A stretch of DNA of 64,000 nt, from positions 744,001-808,000 of the forward strand of contig JAWMAR010000079.1 of assembly GCA_036785375.1 (NCBI GenBank), given 5' to 3'. This document shows positions 61,001 through 64,000 of this stretch, one piece after another. Under the pieces are notes generated by a model. It was not told the origin of the DNA, ran no database searches, and saw nothing but the letters and a program-made list of their open reading frames with translations. This stretch comes from Leucoraja ocellata (Eukaryota). The position numbers were made by a program, and so were the translations under genes. How positions within the stretch are numbered: the stretch's first letter is position 1; each line of letters starts with the position of its first letter.

Positions 61001-63368
61001 GTTGGATGCTTGTGCCAGGCATAAAATTGCTTTAAATAACCATATAACCATATAACAATTACAGCACGGAAACAGGCCATCTCGGCCCTACAAGTCTGTG
61101 CCGAACAACTTTTTTCCCTTAGTCCCACCTGCCTGCACTCATACCATAACCAGATATACCACAACCAGACTTATTCACAGCTCTCTAATTGTATAAATTT
61201 AAACAGTTCTTCCTTTTCTCCAGTGACCCTGTTAACTGGACCTCGCTGATCTTGGACAAAGTGGATCGCCTGCTTTTCTTTCTTTCCATTGAGGATATAC
61301 AAAAACTTCCACAGGTACTGTTCCCTGATTATTATTAACCGCTGGTGTAGAGCCTAGGTCAGGCTACATCTGGAGTGTTGCCCCCAGATCTCCGGAATGA
61401 GATGAACACCTTGATGGATTCTCCAGCCGATACAGGCTTGGAACGTTACACAATGAAGGCGGCTTGTCCTTTCTTGAGGCCGGAATGTCCAACGAGAACC
61501 AATTGATGTGTTTCAGATGATTAAAGGTTTGACAGGGTAGCAAGAACGAACCTAATAGGGGCAATCCAGAATATGAACATAACTCTAGGTAGCACTCAGA
61601 AAGTATAAATAAATCTCCATACCCAAAGGACAGGTGAAATCTGGCAAACTTTCCCCATCCTTCGTGAGCAGTGAAAGCCAGTGATCAGTTGTTGATTTCC
61701 AAATTAAGGTAAACAAAAATGCTGGAGAAACTCAGCGGGTGAGGCAACAACTATGGAGAGATGGAATAGGCGACGTTTCGGGTCGAGACCCTTCTTCAGA
61801 CTGATGTCGGGGGTGGAGGGACCAAATTAAGGTAGTTTTTGCTACGTAGAGCAATATATTAAGGGTTGTGGAGAAAAGTGAGTAAATGTGGTCAAATTAT
61901 ATAATCTTTAAGTAATACCAGGCATATAGGTTGTACTCTTGCCTGTTCCCTGTATATCTCATTATATGGCCAGGGTCCCAACCAGAAATATCGATGATTT
62001 CACTGCCTCCCCAGATGCTGCTTGACCTACTGAATTCCTCCAGCAGTTTGTATTTTGCTCAGTACACAGAGGAGTTTGGAGGGGAACTGGACAGTATTTG
62101 TGAATTGTGAAAGGCGTATATAATCACATGAATCAATAGTCCAGTAAGAATCAGGAGAGGACAAAGTATGTAGTGAATAGATGAATTAATCCGAGCAAAC
62201 CTTCCTGACAATCGCAGTGAGAAGATTCAAAAATCCAAACCTTTTTTCACCCTTTCAGGATGTTTTGATCTTGGAGAGGATTGAGATGTTGTTTCACAGC
62301 CAAAAGCAATGGGAGGATAGTGAGTTTGGTTCCACCTGCCAGCAAACAATGGAAAAATCTGATCGTGATGATCTATTCAGAAAGCAACGAATATTATTAC
62401 AAACTGCAGTTGGCCTTCTCAACACCAGACAGCGGCAGGCCAGGAATGGTGAGGATGGGTGACCCTGCCCTTGGCTACTGTACCTCATCTCTTCAGCCCA
62501 GTCTTTTCCTCTCTTGGCTCCTTTAAAGCAACCTCTTTGATATACTATGTTGGTTACATCCTGATCTTCTCCTTTTGTGGCTTTGTGTCCATTTCAACTG
62601 CGTCCAGTTGTCTGAAGCACGAGGGGATGTTAAAATTGCTGTTATGTTTTACCTGAGGACTGGCGTTATACATTGGGATTCAACCTTAAAGCGGGCGGGG
62701 CAGCGGTAGAGTTGCTGCCTTACAGCGTTAGAGACCCGGGTTTGATTCTGACTAGAGATGCTGTCTGTACGGAGCTTGTACGTTCTCCCCGTGACCTGTG
62801 TGGGAGGGGTTTCTCTGGGATCTCCGGTTTTCTCCCACACCAAAAAACGTACATGTTTGTAGGTTAATTGGCTTGGGTACAATAGTAAATTGTCCCCAGT
62901 GTGTTGGATAGTGTTAATGTGCGGGATCGCTGGTCGGCGCGGACTCGGTGGGCCGAAGGGCCTGTTTCTGCGCTGTATCTCTCAACTAAATGAAACTAAG
63001 TGTTTACCTGTTCATTTTGACTTGAGCAATGCTTGTCCAGAGGGACTGGGTACAGAGTCAGTTCCGTGAGTCCAGCAGTGAGAAAGGAAATGGACCTCAT
63101 GAGAGGTAAACCATCCATCATCTCGAACTGGAGAGACAGACATCCATGTAAAAGCACTTGGTAAAAGGAAGGTTCTAATTGCACTTGTTTTGTGTTAGAC
63201 CCTGTCTTGACCTGCAGTGTTATACGCACCACCCTTCCCTCTGCATGGACCATTGATTTGTTGACTGGCATGGCGGCCGATGATTTCAACAACTGTTTGG
63301 AGATGATTGGCCAAGACCCAAACTTTCAACCATTCGAACTGTTTCAACTGCTGGAGAGGGTGAAGCAG
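30986..63368 (+). CDS. STRC: Stereocilin-like protein, 3'-partial, 22 coding exons, 5670 nt / 1890 aa in window
   Basis: Signal peptide MKTIVLIILLWCSIPG; GNLNQLLNWGRLHNLSW motif. Exon-by-exon similarity and intron phases match recalled mammalian STRC (e.g. SAWPLMFLTHVSNLLAYLPFESFQLLSRTQ, RLGRLICSAS, KWSVQQ|AQMLFGK, SLGFVAQGVDC, DPVNWTSLILDKVDRLLFFLS, SQKQWEDSEFGSTC, PVLTCSVIRTTLPSAWT). All junctions are GT-AG and the summed length is divisible by 3. Confidence 0.88.
33215..34030 (+). CDS. STRC: STRC-like exon (Leu-rich N-terminal region ...LDGMGQCPQ)
   Basis: ttcag| ... caag|gtaagg, 816 nt, overlaps ORF 33262-34251. Confidence 0.85.
34140..34332. repeat. Degenerate (CA)n-rich simple repeat
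   Basis: CACA/CATG-rich low-complexity tract. Confidence 0.7.
35143..35167 (+). CDS. STRC: STRC-like 25-nt micro-exon (GNLNQLLNW)
   Basis: ttcacag| ... |gtaagt; bridges phase 1 to phase 2. Confidence 0.85.
35745..38163 (+). CDS. STRC: STRC-like giant exon (2419 nt) with eight Cys-rich repeats
   Basis: cacacag| ... ggg|gtaagg; inside the 894-aa ORF 35533-38217; starts GRLHNLSW and ends REMLQCFG. Confidence 0.92.
36172..37773 (+). repeat. Coding tandem array of eight ~46-56 aa four-Cys modules
   Basis: Consensus C-x-Y-x-x-W-x(5-6)-D-P-x-x-V-x-x-C-x(3)-D-x(3)-F-x(3)-V-C-x(5)-L-x-x-L-x(3)-P-x-N-x-W-L-x(3)-C read from the ORF. Confidence 0.9.
39450..39509 (+). CDS. STRC: STRC-like exon (SVLLDLVQKEGGSSGVGLVK)
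   Basis: cctcag| ... aag|gtattg, 60 nt, phase 0-0. Confidence 0.75.
40778..40888 (+). CDS. STRC: STRC-like exon (EYMKLSASDLQVALF...RWKSLQ)
   Basis: aaacag| ... cag|gtaaac, 111 nt. Confidence 0.8.
41784..41938 (+). CDS. STRC: STRC-like exon (IPEDFKRIL...FLPHLSTSEIKALPLTLDKEEV)
   Basis: tttcag| ... |gtgcgt, 155 nt. Confidence 0.82.
42874..42902 (+). ncRNA. Degenerate hammerhead-like motif in old Penelope-type terminus
   Basis: CTGATGA-A-AGG-TCTTCAA-CCT-GAAA-GGTT followed by ACAGATGCTGCCTG. Confidence 0.35.
43420..43606 (+). CDS. STRC: STRC-like exon (MAVVNQISGKLSDDQKAAF...FQLLSRTQ)
   Basis: ttccag| ... cag|gtactg, 187 nt. Confidence 0.88.
44742..44857 (+). CDS. STRC: STRC-like exon (ILTALDMLLANKL...TSDFER)
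   Basis: taccag| ... ag|gtgagt, 116 nt. Confidence 0.82.
45897..46029 (+). CDS. STRC: STRC-like exon (LGRLICSASSQDL...LLNCIGDDIFVPNEL)
   Basis: tcccag| ... |gtgagt, 133 nt. Confidence 0.86.
46236..46418 (+). CDS. STRC: STRC-like exon (LRDFLVRTNG...LGLSFIKQL...NLSSAQ)
   Basis: tacag| ... cag|gtataa, 183 nt. Confidence 0.85.
46559..46810. mobile_element. PIF/Harbinger-like MITE
   Basis: TIRs AGAGCCTGTCCCACTTA / TAAGTGGGACAGGCCCT (1 mismatch); TTA at 46556-46558 and 46811-46813; internal CGGCGAC/GTCGCC repeats. Confidence 0.8.
47638..47676 (+). CDS. STRC: STRC-like exon (ARAIIDKILQNTS)
   Basis: tttcag| ... |gtgagt, 39 nt. Confidence 0.82.
47784..47951 (+). CDS. STRC: STRC-like exon (ITEELLDSLGSTVVGLRPNTL...VNKLW)
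   Basis: ctgcag| ... |gttggt, 168 nt. Confidence 0.82.
50168..50585 (+). mobile_element. CR1/HER1-like LINE 3' end
   Basis: GGATGTTGCCAAGACTCGAGGGCCTGAGCTATAGG..., parallels 16830-17285. Confidence 0.75.
50654..50791 (+). CDS. STRC: STRC-like exon (ESDNINFF...IPLISL...MKWSVQQ)
   Basis: gccag| ... cag|gtaata, 138 nt. Confidence 0.85.
51113..51177 (+). CDS. STRC: STRC-like exon (AQMLFGKVLEANGYNITEDIL)
   Basis: tcacag| ... ag|gtaagt, 65 nt. Confidence 0.86.
51445..51735 (-). mobile_element. Rex1/Babar-like non-LTR RT C-terminal fragment
   Basis: ORF 51441-51704: VEIFKFLGVNITNNVS..NHIDATAKKAHQHLYFLQRL. Confidence 0.7.
51770..52112 (-). mobile_element. Young CpG-rich non-LTR/SINE insertion with (GAGTCAA)n tail
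   Basis: Tandem tail followed by TTTAATTGTCATT...AACGAAATG, same family as 35620-35690; CpG-rich body. Confidence 0.55.
52374..52497 (+). CDS. STRC: STRC-like exon (SLGFVAQGVDCATL...ELPVSL)
   Basis: ccttag| ... |gtaagt, 124 nt. Confidence 0.87.
52722..53005 (-). mobile_element. Penelope-like element 3' end (endonuclease C-terminus plus terminal repeat)
   Basis: The - strand of 52920-53004 reads KLEEQHLIFRLGSFHHNGMDID (recalled PLE GIY-YIG C-terminus), then the terminal repeat with hammerhead core. Confidence 0.75.
52788..52815 (-). ncRNA. Minimal hammerhead ribozyme motif
   Basis: Reverse complement CTGAAGA-A-GGG-TCTTGA-CCT-GAAA-CGTC. Confidence 0.55.
54470..54558 (+). CDS. STRC: STRC-like exon (RTCLLEVL...QPQLLLDL)
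   Basis: acacag| ... ca|gtaagt, 89 nt. Confidence 0.82.
55169..55268 (+). mobile_element. Penelope-type terminal fragment with hammerhead-like core (55180-55207), 13-bp flanking direct repeat, nested in an antisense CR1 tail
   Basis: CTGAAGAAGGGTCTCGACCCAAAACGTC (GAAA mutated to AAAA); CAGCATAAGAACA at 55156-55168 and 55269-55281. Confidence 0.7.
55269..55625 (-). mobile_element. CR1-like LINE 3' end
   Basis: ORF 55399-55602 MRGIDKVDSQNLFP...TRGQSFKV. Confidence 0.8.
56131..56266 (+). CDS. STRC: STRC-like exon (LLKIRRFPIN...DWIVQVL)
   Basis: tttgcag| ... |gtaaga, 136 nt. Confidence 0.85.
56600..57125. mobile_element. Two CR1-like 3' fragments tail-to-tail (+ 56600-56870; - 56871-57125)
   Basis: [19 protein letters not shown] on +; antisense tail matches 25703-25942. 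Confidence 0.75.
58179..58375 (+). CDS. STRC: STRC-like exon (NLYGGRFTKAEFDLLG...MKNYCF...TMFG)
   Basis: tttcag| ... gg|gtaggt, 197 nt. Confidence 0.87.
58540..58902 (+). mobile_element. Rex1-like non-LTR retrotransposon 3' end with (ATTC)n tail
   Basis: ILKDPSHPGHNLFHLLPSGRRYRSFKTRTNRLRDSFYP; AATAAA then (ATTC)7. Confidence 0.8.
59245..60445 (-). mobile_element. Two copies of a non-LTR 3' end (59245-59510 and 60052-60445)
   Basis: Shared TTTAGTTTA..GTCA...AAAAGCTTT...TATCCAGTCAATG...TTACAATCAAG.CGTCCACAGTG...TTCAGTTGC.TGAT. Confidence 0.65.
61045..61152 (-). mobile_element. CR1/HER1-like extreme 3' end
   Basis: AACCATATAACCATATAACAATTACAGCACGGAAACAGGCC. Confidence 0.65.
61224..61314 (+). 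CDS. STRC: STRC-like exon (DPVNWTSLILDKVDRLLFFLSIEDIQKLPQ)
   Basis: ctccag| ... cag|gtactg, 91 nt. Confidence 0.88.
61712..61821 (-). mobile_element. Penelope-type terminal fragment, 13-bp flanking direct repeat
   Basis: CCAAATTAAGGTA at 61699-61711 and 61822-61834; body matches 52724-52820. Confidence 0.75.
61772..61799 (-). ncRNA. Minimal hammerhead ribozyme motif (best-preserved copy)
   Basis: Reverse complement CTGAAGA-A-GGG-TCTCGA-CCC-GAAA-CG-TC: CUGANGA, 3-bp helix II, GAAA, palindromic ACGU, GUC site. Confidence 0.6.
62259..62448 (+). CDS. STRC: STRC-like exon (DVLILERIEMLFHSQKQWEDSEFGSTC...QARN)
   Basis: tttcag| ... g|gtgagg, 190 nt. Confidence 0.86.
62692..62998 (+). mobile_element. 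tRNA-derived SINE (HE1/V-SINE-like), full length
   Basis: Colinear with 30536-30860; tail GGGCCGAAGGGCCTGTTTCTGCGCTGTATCTCT. Confidence 0.85.
63199..63368 (+). CDS. STRC: STRC-like exon (DPVLTCSVIRTTLPSAWT...LLERVKQ)
   Basis: tgttag| ... cag|gtacca, 170 nt. Confidence 0.88.
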
Positions 63369-63699
63369 GTACCAACGTTGCACAACACAACATTGAGATC
63401 AGAAAACTGCATGGTTGAATGGTCTCCCACTGTGAATTACTGTGTTAAATCTGTAATTATGGAACCCTGTGTTTTCTACTGAGTTCATATTTATTCACGC
63501 TTTATCACCATATATTTTGTTTCAATGTATTTTACTAATGGTTTATATGAATTGCAGTAATCAAATTAAAATATGTGTCATAGATAGGGTATAGTTCTAT
63601 CCAGCAGCATTTAAAACTGGTTTCTGAACACAGCTCTGGTGACATGCAAATTTATTGTCGCCTTCAGCTTTTATCTGAATAATCACAGAATTTAAAAAA

Positions 63700-64000
63700 A
63701 AAAACTCCTGGAAGAACTCAGAGGGTCAGGCAGAATCATTGGAGGGAAATGGACAAGCGACATTTCAGATTGGGACCTTTCTTCAAGACTGGAGTGGAGG
63801 AGAGACACATGGTAGAAAAGGGTGAGGGGAAGGGGTGGGACAAGAGCTGGCAGGTGGCAGTGGGAAGGAACTGCAGATGCTGGTTTACACCAAAGATAGA
63901 CACACAATGCTTGAGTAACTTAGCGGGACATGTAGCATCTCTGGAGAGAATGAATGGGTGACGTTTTGAGTCGGGAAGAAGGGATTCGACCCAAAACGTC
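63700..64000. mobile_element. Cluster of Penelope-type terminal fragments
   Basis: GAAGGAACTGCAGATGCTGG...GCATCTCTGGAG...GACGTTTTG...GAAGAAGGGATTCGACCCAAAACGTC. Confidence 0.65.

Noticed and set aside
1-64000. CRISPR arrays, operons or prokaryotic defence systems
   Set aside because: The sequence is spliceosomal-intron-containing vertebrate DNA; no regularly spaced direct-repeat/spacer array was seen.

Overview
Vertebrate genomic DNA, most likely a cartilaginous fish (skate/ray-type repeats: CR1/HER1-like LINEs, HE1/V-SINE-like and DeuSINE-like SINEs, Penelope-type termini). The taxon is an inference. Two multi-exon + strand genes were assembled by hand, with GT-AG junctions and consistent phases. 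(1) The last 10 coding exons of CTDSPL2 (SCP4, DLDET FCP/SCP phosphatase) span 831-19697 and are followed by a 3' UTR. (2) A stereocilin (STRC)-like gene has a probable non-coding exon at ~29525-29806, a signal-peptide exon (ATG 30986) and 22 coding exons up to 63368 (5670 nt, 1890 aa); it runs off the window. Main points of interest: a 2.4-kb CpG-rich STRC exon encoding eight tandem ~55-aa four-cysteine modules; a dispersed family of short Penelope-type insertions carrying minimal hammerhead-ribozyme cores, four of them flanked by 11-18 bp direct repeats; a duplicated CTDSPL2 splice acceptor/exon start that differs only at synonymous positions; and a spliced uORF in the STRC leader. All homology calls come from recognition and recall, not database searches.
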